This document shows, piece by piece, positions 36,808 through 50,525 of a DNA stretch of 64,000 bases. Below the pieces are notes generated by a model. That model was not told the origin of the DNA and ran no database searches. It was given only the letters and a program-made list of their open reading frames with translations. Each line of letters starts with the position of its first letter. Position 1 is the stretch's first letter. Origin of the DNA: Macrostomum hystrix (lineage: Eukaryota > Animalia > Platyhelminthes); NCBI GenBank assembly GCA_950097015.1, contig CATNEN010000011.1:5084001-5148000 (forward strand). The letters are read 5' to 3'. The position numbers and the translations under genes are program-made.

Positions 36808-37472
36808 ATGAAACCGCTTCAGACTGAATTCCGGTCGCTACTGGCCCTGGCTGACGAGTCGGCCAAGCAGTCGGAGAAGCGAAGACGAGTTGCTGCTGAG
36901 TGGAACGACTTCCTTGAGCGCTGCTTCGTCCAGCTTCGAAACGAGCTGCGAAATTGTGCTGCTGATCTGCGAGCCGCAATCAACTCTGACAACCTGCGAG
37001 CTGCCGACAAGGCCTCAGGGAGACTCAAAGCGCTGTCCAAACGATCGCGAACGGATGAGGATCAGCGACAGATTATCGCAGAGCCAAAGTTGGAGACGCT
37101 TTCACCTGCGATGCTGGAAACAATGTCCGCTGTGCTAGATGAGATCGAGCGAGCTTATCTCGACCGGGCGTGGGGTCTGACGGAGAGGCAGTGCACTTTT
37201 AAGGTTGTCAGCGTGTCATAGTGTCGAATGGCAAGGAGTTTCTCAAAATAAAGGAAAACAGCTGCCGCGTTGCTTACGAAATGCCAGGCCACGGCGATCA
37301 GTACTCTCAGTACGAGGTGTTGTCCGCCTGCGCTATACCTAGTCGATCATCCAATGAAATCATCATTCGATTCGACTTTGAGAAGACTTTCGACTACAGC
37401 ATCAGAGCAGAGTGCAATGGTCGTTCGATTCTGGTGAACTTTCTATCTCAGAGAATTGCTGAAATTGTTTAA
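36808..37472 (+). CDS. Orphan coiled-coil + beta-rich protein split over two frames (short intron, indel or pseudogene)
   Basis: ORF 36808-37221 (helical, heptad-like) abuts ORF 37221-37472 in the -1 frame; both are GC-rich; AATAAA near 37574. Confidence 0.45.
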
Positions 37473-38182
37473 TTAATAATCAAATAAGCATGACACGAGT
37501 GAACATGTACTTTAATTTTTTTGTAGATAAAAACACTGATATGAATTAGTCAGAATGTGAAACTCCATTTATTAATAAAACAATAACTAATCACTACATA
37601 TTGCGCATTAGTCAACCATTTTTAGCACTCATTTTAAGGCGGTGCAGAAAGCGTGGGTATGCAAATCTGAAACACAAATTAACAACCGTATAAAGAATGA
37701 ATAAGCACTGAAAGAAAAAATGTAGATAAAAGTAATATTCAACTGGAAAGCTGGCGTCAGAAATCTAAAAAGGCCACTGTTCAAAAAAACACCATTGTTC
37801 CTAGTAGATCAGTTTTTTAACTTAATTCGATAAAACAAAAAATGTGTCCCGAATTAAAACAAAAAAAGTTTTAAAACAAACAACCTACAGATAGATAATT
37901 CATTGCAGAGTTGGAAAGGAAATAGATTTAATCAACTAAGTTTATATAAAAAACTTTTCCATGATGAAGAGAGCAAAAAACCTCGCAAGTGCAAAATATT
38001 TTCTTTCGACGGAATGATCAGGCTGCGAGGCTGAAAATCGAAAATAAATTTCTATAATTTGTCGGAATCATATTGGGTCAGGTTAAACAAGTTTTAAGTA
38101 AAAAAATAACTAGACAAAAATGCACACTGCAGATACGAACAGGTGACGGGTACAGATTTAGAATCAGGTGAGAGCTGACAGG

Positions 38183-41100
38183 TCACTGCGGCGGCTGCTG
38201 CTGCTGCTGCTTGCAGTGTCTGGCGTGCATGTGCTGGGCCACCTGGTACACGTGAGTCACATCCGGCCTGGCGTCCGGATTCGAGCTGATCATCGTGACA
38301 ACCAGCTCGCGCAGCTGATCAGTGTGGTTGAGGAATGCCTTTGAAACCAGCCTACCCACCCAACCCAACATTCCCATGCCTCCACCCACCCAACCCAACA
38401 TTCCCATGCCTCCACCCACCCAACCCAACATTCCCATGCCTCCACCCACCCTACCTACCCCACAGATTCCCATGCCTCCACCCACCCTACCTACCCCACA
38501 GATTCCCATGCCTCCACCCACCCTACCTACCCAACGATTCCCATGGCTCCACCCACCCTACTACCCCACAGATTCCCATGCCTCCACCCACCCTACCTAC
38601 CCCACAGATTCCCATGCCTCCACCCACCCTACCTACCCCACAGATTCCCATGCCTCCACCCACCCTACCTACCCCACAGATTCCCATGCCTCCACCCACC
38701 CTACCTACCCAACGATTCCCATGGCTCCACCCACCCTACTACCCCACAGATTCCCATGCCTCCACCCACCCTACTACCCCACAGATTCTCATGCCTCCAC
38801 CCACCCTACCTACCCCACAGATTCCCATGCCTCCACCCACCCTACCTACCCAACGATTCCCATGGCTCCACCCACCCTACTACCCCACAGATTCTCATGC
38901 CTCCACGCACCCTACTACCCCACATACTCCCATGCCTTTACCCAAACTATTTCTTTGCCTCCAAATTAACCTACCCAAACATCTACTCAACTTACCCACG
39001 CATCTACTCAAACTACCCAAGCATCTACTCAACCTACCAACGCCTCTACACAAACATCGAACTCAAGCCTTACCTCGGCCGAGTAAATGTCAGCCGGCAG
39101 CGGTGGATAGTCGCACTGTTCAATTTTCTTGCACAATGAGTACAGGTTCATTTGCTCGCCGTAGAAGGGGCTCTGCAGGGCGGCCATTTCGTACAGCAGG
39201 CAGCCAAGAGACCACATGTCCGACTTGAAATTGTAGCCAGTTTCATGAATTCTCTCAGGACTCATGTAGTAAGGCGTGCCAACTGGAACAACAGAAATAC
39301 TTCTATTTTTATCTATCACGCAAGCCAATATGTATTAAACGAGATTTTTTCACAACATATCGGCTCACCCAAAGAATGAGCATTCGTTGTCTTGGAGCTG
39401 AAGAACCTGCCAAGACCCAGGTCGCCAAGCTTCACCTGCCCGGTGGCTGTGATGAACACGTTGGCGGGCTTGATGTCTGCGATGAAAACGGGTCTCATAG
39501 ATCTATATCACCGTAGATCTATATTTAAGATTTCTTAAGCTTTTAAGCAGTCTTCAAATCCCTGGTCTTATAGGACCCGCCTATCATATCTCACCTCTGT
39601 GCATGATCCTCTTGGAGTGCATGTGATCTAGGCCGCTGCAGATCTGTACAAAGTACTTCCAAATTGTTCGCTCGGGTATTAAACGTTGCTGCTTTTTGAA
39701 GTGCTGAAATTGGCAAACAACCTCACGACTATCAAAGAAGTGGTAACAAATTTTCAGATTCCTTTCAGCGTCCTAACCCATTTTATCAGGTTTCAAATCC
39801 AGTTTTTTCTGATTCCAAATCTATGTTCTCAGATTCCGAATTCTATTTATCAGATTCCGAATTCTGTTTATCAGATTCCGAATTCTGTTTATCAGATCCT
39901 GAATTCTGTTTATCAGATTCCGAATTCTGTTTATCAGATCCTGAATTCTGTTTATCAGATCCTGAATTCTGTTTATCAGATCCTGAATTCTGTTTATCAG
40001 ATTCAGAATTAAGATTTATTAGATTCCGAATTCTGTTTATCAGATTCAGAATTAAGATTTATCAGATTCAGAATTCTGTTTATCAGATCCTGAATTCTGT
40101 TTATCAGATTCAGAATTAAGATTTATTAGATTCCGAATTCTGTTTATCAGATTCAGAATTAAGATTTATCAGATTCCGAATTCTGTTTATCAGATCCTGA
40201 ATTCTGTTTATCAGATTCCGAATTCTGTTTATCAGATCCTGAATTCTGTTTATCAGATCCTGAATTCTGTTTATCAGATTCCGAATTCTGTTTATCAGAT
40301 CCTGAATTCTGTTTATCAGATCCTGAATTCTGTTTATCAGATCCTGAATTCTGTTTATCAGATCCTGAATTCTGTTTATCAGATTCCGAATTCTGTTTAT
40401 CAGATTCCGAATTATGTTTATCAGATTCAGAATTAAGATTTATCAGATTCCGAATTCTGTTTATCAGATCCTGAATTCTGTTTATCAGATTCCGAATTCT
40501 GTTTATCAGATCCTGAATTCTGTTTATCAGATCCTGAATTCTGTTTATCAGATTCCGAATTCTGTTTATCAGATCCTGAATTCTGTTTATCAGATCCTGA
40601 ATTCTGTTTATCAGATCCTGAATTCTGTTTATCAGATCCTGAATTCTGTTTAACAGATTCCGAATTCTGTTTATCAGATCCTGAATTCTGTTTATCAGAT
40701 CCTGAATTCTGTTTATCAGATCCTGAATTCTGTTTATCAGATTCCGAATTCTGTTTGTCAGATTCCGAATTCTGTTTATCAGATTCCGAATTCTGTTTAT
40801 CAGATTCAGAATTAAGATTTATCAGATTCCGAATTCTGTTTATCAGATCCTGAATTCTGTTTATCAGATTCCGAATTCTGTTTATCAGATCCTGAATTCT
40901 GTTTATCAGATCCTGAATTCTGTTTATCAGATTCCGAATTAAGATTTATCAGATCCTGAATTCTGTTTATCAGAGTCAGAATTAAGATTTATCAGATTCC
41001 GAATTCGGTTTATGCGATCCTGAATTCAGTTTATCAAACTCCGAATTCAGTTTTTAGATTCCGAATTCAGTCTATCAGATTCCGAATTCAGTTTACCAGA

Positions 41101-41934
41101 TTCCGAATTCAGTTTATCAGATTCCGAATTCAGTTTACCAGATCCTGAATTTAGTTTATCAGATTCCGAATTCAGTTTACCAGATCCTGAATTTAGTTTA
41201 TCAGATTCCGAATTCAGTTTACCAGATCCTGAATTTAGTTTATCAGATTCCAGTTTCTCTGGAATCCAGTTTCTCTTATTTCTTATCCAGCTTCGGATTA
41301 CAAATCCAGTCTTGTCATTTTCCTAATCCAGTTATTTTAGTACCAATCATCACTAATAGTAACTATTAGTAGAGTTGGGCTAATATAAATCAATAGAAGC
41401 TGCACAAACCCGGATCATGCGCGAAAGATCCCCTGCGTCCGCCAATTCTAGGACAATGTTGAGCTCATTGTTCTCGATAAATGATGCCAAATAACGGATT
41501 ACATTGGGGTGGTCGAGTTGCTGAAAGAGTTTTTAAGCAATTATCTTATAATAATGATTTCATACGCAGAACATATTTCGTTATAATTTGTTAGCAAAGC
41601 ATGCTGCGCACCTTCAGCAGGTCAATCTCCTTGATGCAGTCCTGCCTTGCCTTCGCGTCCATCATTTCGAAGATCTAAAATAGTGGCGAATTGTGATAAA
41701 GTTTAGTGTTAAACTAAAAAAATTTATTACATTCAAAAAACAAGACAATAGACATTCTAGTATCAGCCAGACCTGAACTTTTTTCAAAGCCACAATGCAG
41801 CCATCCTCCTTGCACACTGCACGCCAGACTTCACTAAACTGGCCTTTGCCAATCTTCTTGTCAATGTTGAACTTGTCCAGTGAGCCATATTTGTTCTGAG
41901 GATCATAGCTGGGCACACCAAAGTCCACTTCCAT
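38183..41934 (-). CDS. NEK7: NIMA-related kinase NEK6/7, 7 exons, 297 aa
   Basis: Exons 41934-41773, 41674-41612, 41520-41410, 39703-39595, 39476-39369, 39282-39074, 38314-38183; all phases consistent. Motifs [42 protein letters not shown]. Confidence 0.96.
38345..38940. repeat. C-rich ~36-bp minisatellite in the NEK7 last intron
   Basis: CCCATGCCTCCACCCACCCTACCTACCCCACAGATT-type units. Confidence 0.92.
39810..41250. repeat. 21-bp minisatellite (GAATTCTGTTTATCAGAT(T/C)C(C/T)) in NEK7 intron 3, ~68 units
   Basis: Direct inspection; an EcoRI site occurs in most units. Confidence 0.97.
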
Positions 41935-43898
41935 GGCTGAGCGATTGGTGGCTGAAATTAAAGTGGCTAGAGAAAATAAAAAAGCATAATGAAAAAAACT
42001 GTTTTGTTAATTAAAAATCCTTTTCCTTTTTGGTAAAAACAAACTTAAAAAAACTATTTAAATATAATTTAAATAGTTAATAACAAATAACAAATAACAA
42101 AGTATTGAACCTTGCATTAAATTGAAAAACATAACATGAAAAATTAACTTTTTCTGCTTTTATTTAAACTAGGCCTAGTCATGGTTTAAGTGCAGAGCTT
42201 CACACCAATGAACAAAAAATACTAGGCTAATAAAGCACAATAAATTGCTATATATTTATATATTCAGTATATGAAAACCATCCAACAAGGAACTATATAA
42301 ACATGTAGTTGTTTTTCGATTTTTTAATATAAAACTAGGAAGTTAATTAGTACAAAAATAGGGCTTAATATTCTACATACTATCTAAATATTTACTTTAT
42401 CTACCCATTCTACTTGGCGGTGAGTGGATTTGAGTAGAAGTTTAGAACATATAAATAAATCTTAAAATCTCTAACTTAGAGACAAAGCTTTCAAATCAAG
42501 CAGAGCAGAGGCTATTACTCCTACTGGTATAATATAAAAAATTAAATCAAGAAAGTTTTATCGCTGTGTACAGGTGGATATATATGAACAGAATATAAAT
42601 TATGTAAAATATAAAAAATGTAAAGGAAAGCAGTTTTAGGACCAAAAAAGCGTATGAAGCTATTTACCATAACAGATACGCAAGATATATGTATACATTC
42701 AATATTTTATAATAGCAACAACTTAATAAAAACATTAAAATCAATACCAATTACCAACTAGATTAGAGCAACTAGATCATAAAAATAAACTGCTTGCTAA
42801 ATTTTAAATAAAAAAGACACGCAAAATTTTTATGTAGAATGTATAATAAAGAAACTCTTTATCGGAAAAATCTGAGTTTTTCAATGCCGTCAAACGTCAA
42901 GAAAGTTTTATATTTAGTTCTTTGTTAAGTATAACTGCAAGTAATTTGTTTTACGTATGAGAATTTCGCGCAAATATGCCGTAAGGCATGAGGAAAATGT
43001 CGAGTTAAATTATATTTAACTTATAATATTTTTCTTTATATTAAATTAAATTATTTTATATCGTGGTTTCAGACTACTTGCTTATATGGCGTTGAAATTG
43101 TGATAATTAAAATACAATTTTCAAAAAATCTTTTTGGTAATAATCGTAACTTCCATAACGTTACTATTCCACTGACCATATTGAACTTAAAAGAACTTTA
43201 TCAGTCTAGAATAGTTATTGCGACTCTAATACGAGCATCACATTATTACTTTTGTAGTTGTGCAGAACAAACTTCGTGAAATGTTTCTTCTAACTGCAAC
43301 AGATACGAGTACTTCCACAAAAGTTTCCCGGTAGTGGAATTCTTTGGAGTAGTGGAGTTGCATAATTAAAATTTAAAGTGTACAATGTTTGTGTTTCAAG
43401 TGTATATATAGCGTGTAGCTAAAATAACTTATACCGTCAGAAGTTTTCATAATGAATAATTCCTCAAGCAAAAGATGTCATTACTAAAGACTTCACGTTT
43501 TTGCAATCGTTTATTAGAGCAAATAACAACATTATGGTTATAATAGTTGAATTAGTAACAATAGTGATGATGAAAAAACCAAACACAGCAAAAACCAATA
43601 ACAGCTTGCACAACCGGTTGGGCAAAGCATCAGCAATTAGAAAACGACCGCCGTTTCGGTGCATGTCTCTAGGCGGAAACTGGCTGTCCGGGTGGTGCCA
43701 AAACAGAGAAAAAAAGATAGTAAAATGGTTTGGGAACTTCATTTATATGTTAAGGAGTCCTGTCTATCAATGACAACAGAATTTGCTGCCAGTGTTATTT
43801 TAGTCTAATGTTAAGTTATATATATGCTATAATAGTTAATAGTATAGTTTAAAACGTTGACTTTTTGTACACGATGGGCCTGGGTCGACTTGTACCGT

Positions 43899-46800
43899 CT
43901 ACTGCTGCCTCTTGTACGGATGGAAGCTGTGAGCTCCGGCGCCGCCCCCGCCGCCGCCGCCTCCGCCTCCGCGGTTGAAGTCGCCGCTGCCGCCGTACAT
44001 GCTAGTCGGCGGGGCGCCCCAGCCGCCGGCCTGCTGACCGGAGGCGTCCCAGCTGGCAGTGGTTGGCTGGCCGCCCCAGGCGCCGCCCTGGCTACCCCAG
44101 GCGCCGGCCATCTGCTGCCAGTTGTTGCCCATCTGGTCCCAGCCGGCACCAGTCTGGCCGTTCCACTGCTTAGATTTTGGAATTGCGGGGTCACAAGTTC
44201 GAGTCCCAAATCAATAACTGGAGCTAAGCGTAGAGTTATGTAAAATGAAAATAGGATATATTAAGCTTAGTCGGGAGGAAATTTAGTGAGCCTGAGAAAG
44301 AACTCGCTTAGCTAAGTAAGCTTGTAGAACAGTGGTTTAACTGAGAGGTCAAGAGTTCGAATCTCAGCCAAATAGAAGCAACTATCTTGTCATCGAGCAA
44401 GACATCCAATTCTCAGCGCTTCGGTCTATCCAGCGTAGAAAGTAGAGTGGGATTGTCCATGGACTGAGCAGCGCTTTTGATAGCTAGAGACTGTGCAACT
44501 GAGTGGTTATCTATCTGGTCATGGAAACATCACCAGCCCAATCCCATCCTATAAATCGAATGGTAGTTAATAGCTACACGGACCTGATTCCAGCCATTCT
44601 GATCCCAGCCGGTTTGGCCCCAGTTCGAGCCGCCAGTGGCGCCAGGCCAACCGGCTGTGCTAGTGCTGGGATTGCTCCAGCTCTGGCCCCAGCCCTGACT
44701 CTGCGTGTTCCACATTCCGCCGCCGCCGGCGCTGCCGCGACCGCGTCCGCGGCTAGGCGCGCCTGGACCGCCGCCGTTGCCGCCGAGTCCGCCGTTTCCG
44801 CCACCGCCGCCGGTGATTCCGGGCGGTCCGCCTTGCATGCCTCGGCGACTATAGTTTGGCGGCTCCATGGCTTTAATCTCCACCTGGAAACAGCATAGCA
44901 ACACAATTCCGGTGTTATCCCACATCCCAGTAGAGTTTTTATGAGATGTCGATTCTCTGCTGAGGATACAGTTCCGGAATGGGAGAATGGGAGCAAACAA
45001 GGCAGATTTCAACGGGTAGTATTACCATGGAAGTAATACTACGAGATAATAAATCCTTATATGCACACAACCCACCCTGGGGGGATATTGTAGCTCAGTA
45101 GTGGTCAGAGCTCTAAACGGCTAATAAAGAGGATCTCTCCAATTCATTTGGAGAGATCTCATTGTGTGTAACAAATGTTTAAATAGAAGCAAAGAAGACA
45201 GGAAAACCACATGTCACATGTTGAAAAAATTACTACAAATAAATTCAACAGCAAACAAGAGAGTAAGCACCTGTTTTCCGTTTAACTGCACATAGTGTGT
45301 TTGAATCAATCTTTTCACAGTCGTTTCGTCTTCAAAGCCGACGAATGCAAAGCCTACAGTTTGTTTAAAAGAGAATAGTCAAAGAGCTGTCAGATGCGAA
45401 TTTTGCTTTGACAGAATGACTTTCCCGAAAGCAAGTTCCAAAGCTGACTTTCTTCTAGCATTTTTTCTTCTAATTTTTTCGAATAGAAATTTGATCTGCC
45501 AGAAGTACAGAAGTTTTATTTGGCTTTTTGTCTAAGGAAGAAATTGTTGTTTAATTTTACGAACAACAATTTCTTCTTTTCCATATTTTCTTGCATTGTT
45601 TTAAAAAACTGATTGTGCTTAAAAAGCAAAAATTACTGACAATAACAAGACTGGGTAACACGGCTTTAGTATACAGTACTGCACACCAGTCACTATCGCT
45701 TGCGTACAGTACAGGACTGCATAAAAGGCGAAAGCAACTGACACAAAGCTGTACCGTACACACTATCGAATTGAAATTGTGGAGCGCATTTTAATACGCT
45801 ATAGATTAATTTACTGTACTTCTTTAGACAGGGATTTCAATACTCGTACACTTTACCGTATTGGTGTAAAGCATACCATAGTAAGTTTCTCTAACAGTTT
45901 TAATACTTGCTTACGGTAGTCATACTGGTAGAATTCAGTTGAATTATTTGTAAAAAATGAATGCACATTAGATTAATATCGATCTCAGCTATTGTCTGAC
46001 TGATTAAACTAGAAAATGGAAGTTAGTTGATTTTATTTTATAAAAGCACATAGTAGAATCTCTGTAGATAACTAACAAGAAAACACTGCCATGACAAAAT
46101 ATCAACTAGATAAACTTGAATATTTACAAAATCCTATAACTTTTCTAACGCGGAGATCGATATTAATTTTTACTAATAAAATAGAATATTTAAGGCTCCT
46201 GCTAGAGCAGATTTCGTACCTCGATGACGCTGCTTTGACATGTCCATCATTAGGTTGACGTCGGTAACCTGTGGAAAACACAAATTACTTTGTAAAACAG
46301 AATATAAACCCAGCGGTTCTATAAATACGATATGAAAAAGTTTCTCACATTGCCGAATGCACTAAAGAAGCTGCGGACTGTCTCCTCGTTGTGCTCAGGG
46401 GCAATGCCGCCGACGAAGATCTTTAGGCTGCGTCGATTCTGAATGCAAAAATAGTTATAATTTTTTAGCATATTTTCGATTCGCTACAAAGGCTTCAATT
46501 ATTAATCTGCACTGAACGCACCTTGCCCTTCATGTTGACATTGCACTGCTTGGGATCGACCTCCTTTCCATCGATGACATGCGGATTAGGGGCACTAAGC
46601 ACTAGATCAACAATGTTAGGATCTTTGTAGCGAACATAGCCGAAGCCGCGCGATCGGTTAGTGCGGTTGTCCATCATGACGGCGGCGTCTTCGATTTCGC
46701 CAAATTTAGAAAAATACTGCCGCAGCGTATCATTGCTGGTGTTCTGCGACAAGCCGCCAACGAAGATTTTTCTAAGGCAGTTCAAAAAAAATAGGATAGC

Positions 46801-48946
46801 ATTAGTTTTTGGAATAGGTACTAAATTAAAATTATGCATCAGAATTAAGCAATTAATGTGCTGTGCAAAGCTTCCTTAAAAATATAATCGCTATTTAATG
46901 ATTCAGTTTCCATGCCATGAAAACAATGCCAACACTAAGTAAATCCCTTCGAATGTGCCATAGATGGAAATTAAGTTTGCTCAATAATGGATGTCGATTT
47001 CAAGACTATCTTTATAATATCGGCAACTTAAAAGCATAAAAACCAGTTAGAGCTTATATTTTACTATATTTCGTAACACATTTTTAGATTCCAAGACTAG
47101 TCTGAATAACATTCTTCAAGCTGCATTTGCACAAAAGCAAATGTGCTCAGATAATCTCATTTGCAACAATGTCATTAGTAAAAAATAATGTTTATTGACA
47201 ATATTATTTTGCCTTAAAAAGTCAATAATAGTTTACATATATATACTACAGTAAAACAATCCATGCTTACTTGCTTTTGTATTTAAATAGAACTATAACC
47301 TTCTTTAATATATGGTATGCAAACTAAATTCACTTATTTACTTTACTGGATCAAAATATTTTGCTTCTATTAACCAGTTTGATGAGCTACACAAAGCTTG
47401 CTTTAGATGGTTGTTAGTCAGTGTATGCTAGATAATCAATATTGTATACAAACACAAGAAAAATGTACAGTACACAACACTAGCAAGTAGTAAAAGTAGG
47501 ATATGTTGCTGCAGCTGGTCCATAGTGCTAATCATAAAATTGGTACAAAGCCAGGATAGAACTGTTGTATTAAGCAAGTCTAAAAACAATTATTTTAATG
47601 GCAAAAAAATTAAGAGTTACATTTTTTCAATATTGATATAAAAAATGCAAGCATTGAGAGATTGTATGGTGCAGCCTAAACAGCTTTCCAGGACAACAGT
47701 TACATCTCTAATGCTGTTAAATGTACATAATTTTGTTAACGAGTGAAGAAAACAGTGTATTAAAAACATTTAAACATAATTCTAATCATTTGCCTCTAGC
47801 AAATAAGACTTCTACTCTGACTTGAGTTTCTAAATCTCTCCAATTTTCTTGGTTACAATAACTTTAACTGTCCAATATACTTTAGGTTTCATGATAGAAA
47901 TAGATTACCAAAATACCAAACTTAAGCTATTGACCTACTTCTACCAAAAATCAGGCATAAACCAACTGTTATAAAAACGATTGGAAGATTTATAAACTAG
48001 AACAATTTTTTTGCTATATTACCAGGATATAGGTCCAAAGAGCCTTGTTGTTTGTCATGTACCAACAATTTTCATTACACATTGCTGATGGAATGTGTCG
48101 GGAAAAGCGTCAGGAAAAGTTTACATCGGCAATGTATTTTGGTATACTGCATCCTGCATATATATTTTTAGTTAGTGTCGGGAAAAGTTTACGTCGGCTA
48201 TACTACGAGTATATATAGTATGTTTTTTGAGAGATGAATCATCAGCATGACTAATTGTCCACTTGGGGTGGGTTTGGGAATTCCCTGTCACACACCCCAA
48301 TTAAAATCTCATCCCGCTAGCAGCCACCCCACTCCAGTGTATGTACATTTTAACGTCGGTTTAACGTCGGTAAAAACCGATCGGCCAAAGTTATATACAT
48401 AGCAAAGCAAGAATAAAATAAAAAAATAAGGAAAGAAAATAATTTTAAATAAAAAAGAAAATCATAATTTCAGAAATTTCATAACTTTTTACTCTAATTT
48501 AACCTTTATATCTAAACTTTGTAATTTGATTTCACTTTCTCTGTCCTTAAAAAGTTGTTTTGTCTGCCTGCAAAAAAACTAGCAGCAGATAAAACAAAGG
48601 CCCACTGTCCTTTAGTTAGCTACTTTGTTATGACATCATTGTCTGAATTATGTAGAGCATACATGACTTTGAGGTAAAAATAAATGTGTTACAGTCCTTT
48701 CTGACCAGACTAGCTAGCTATTAGTCAGTGAGTCATGAACTTTTTTTAATTATTCATTGCATTGCATCTATAGTTTAAACTAAGACTTAGAAGCTAGTAT
48801 AAACAATCAAACGACTTAACTATAGTATAAGGTCTCGACTAATAAAAAAATAATAACAATATTAATAATAATAATGTCAATGCAAAACAGATAGAGTTAG
48901 CAACATACCCTATTTCGTTTCCAGCTGCGTCCGTCGGCACATCCAT
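43899..48946 (-). CDS. DAZAP1: DAZAP1/hrp48-like hnRNP with two RRMs and a G/Q/W-rich low-complexity tail, 7 coding exons
   Basis: Exons 48946-48909, 46771-46522, 46438-46349, 46268-46220, 45353-45271, 44883-44584, 44165-43899; phases consistent. NEIG|KIFVGGL, RSRGFGYV, KIFVGGI, RHRGFAFV and a C-terminal FHPYKR (PY-NLS-like). Confidence 0.9.
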
Positions 48947-50069
48947 CTCTGTAGACATTTACAATATATAATTGTGATAACAGATATAAATAATTACTTT
49001 TAAGTGTACGGTATGTATATTACAATACGATACGATAGTAAAATGACTAAAATAGAAATTACATTCAATGACACGCGACCGATATTCTGTCAAAACCAAG
49101 TTTAAATTCAAAAGCGTGGTAAAGAGCTTTCTTCGACAACCTCAGATATTAAATGGAGGAGTTTATATAAATTGTTGTTTCTTAGCTGCAGCTAAAGAAA
49201 AAAAATTAATGTTTTGTGCTCATACAATAATTATGATTTTATTCCATTCTTTTTGCCTTACAAAAAGAAATATAGATATTAAAACTGCGTTTTCACATCT
49301 AAACTAAAAAATCTGACCTACTTTGCGGTAGTTACACGGGTTTGCAGCAGAAAATCAAAGTTTTGAAATATAATACTCATATACTTGCCTGTATATACAC
49401 AGTTTATGTCTGAAGATAAATTATTATTATTTTTAGCGAGGCATTTTGAATTATGCAACTTTGCAGCACAAAGAATGATTCTTCTAATCGCGATTTACTT
49501 TAATCTTAATAAATAGACAAAAAGCGAGTATTAAACGACTTGGATTGTTCGAGCCAATGGTGTTGCCAAAAGCCACACCCAATTTCGTTGTTTATTGCTG
49601 TCAGGAATTTTGCTTTTATAATCATCTGAGTTGAATAGATAGACAAGTTTTTACGAATGTTGCTATAATTTTGTTTGTAAATCTGCACGCTTTTATCCCG
49701 GTCTTTTATCCTTTACATATTGATACAAGGCTACAGTAGTGAGTTACTTGACTTAGCTGCAGGGTGCTACGCACCGGCGGACGCAGCGAGGAGGCGGAGG
49801 GGACCGCCCATTCCGCTAAACCCCATGGCAGGCTTGAGTAGTGAATAGTAACATTTTTACTTAAGCTCGAAAAAACTGATCGTAATTTGCTTTATTTTAG
49901 AGTCTTGAAGTATCGCATGGGTATTGACATTAATGGATTATGTAGATAGACACGAGATTAGTTACTAATTTAGTATTAATGCATTTAAAAAAAACTTAGG
50001 ATAAATAATAGAAGATTGTAATTTTCTTTCAAAATCATATTGATGCGGCTTTACTTAGCTGTTATTGAC

Positions 50070-50310
50070 ATGTGGTCCGATTGCGATCGATCGCAACCGA
50101 GGAGAGAACCAAATTTGGGCCTTTTCAGGCAATTCGCGCCATTGAACGTATTCCGAGGCATAGTGATGGTGTGACAGTGACAGTGACGATGAGAAAGTCA
50201 CTGAGAGTCAATGAGAAAGGCAGTTGTAAATACCTTCGTGTTAGTGTTCGCACAGGAGTCAGCCGGCATGTGCAAAAATGAAATTATTCGCTGGCTGCAC
50301 GGCTCGAATT
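50070..50310 (+). ncRNA. Candidate structured element, copy B
   Basis: GCAATTCGCGCC (50129), CCGAGGCATAGTGA (50153), CAGTGAC-GATGAGAAA-GTCACTG (50181-50203), CAGGAGTCAGC (50253) and ATGTGCA (50268), in the same order as copy A. Confidence 0.45.
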
Positions 50311-50525
50311 TTAAATGATGCGCCAGTGCCCACAGCCCAATTGTTATGTAATTTTGAGTTCTTATTAATTCTTTAGCTTCAAGCTTCGTACAAAAGTCTA
50401 GTTATTTGTTTCTCTATAACTGCAAAGCGCTGTTGTCGATTTGTATTATTCGTTGATGTTTTTGCCTTGGAATTTTTCATATAAATTTGTGTAGAGTCTG
50501 ATGTTGGCCGTTATTAAACAGCTCA

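Noticed and set aside
37195-37205. Programmed -1 frameshift at TTTTAAG
   Set aside because: Not an XXXYYYZ heptamer, and the -1 frame has a stop at this position.
38322-39228. Several long Pro-rich ORFs on the + strand
   Set aside because: They translate the C-rich minisatellite inside a NEK7 intron.
44325-45170. tRNA-like A/B boxes (also GGTTCGA-like motifs at ~22350 and ~53570)
   Set aside because: No cloverleaf can be built; at most SINE debris. The match at 11296 lies inside cyclophilin coding sequence.
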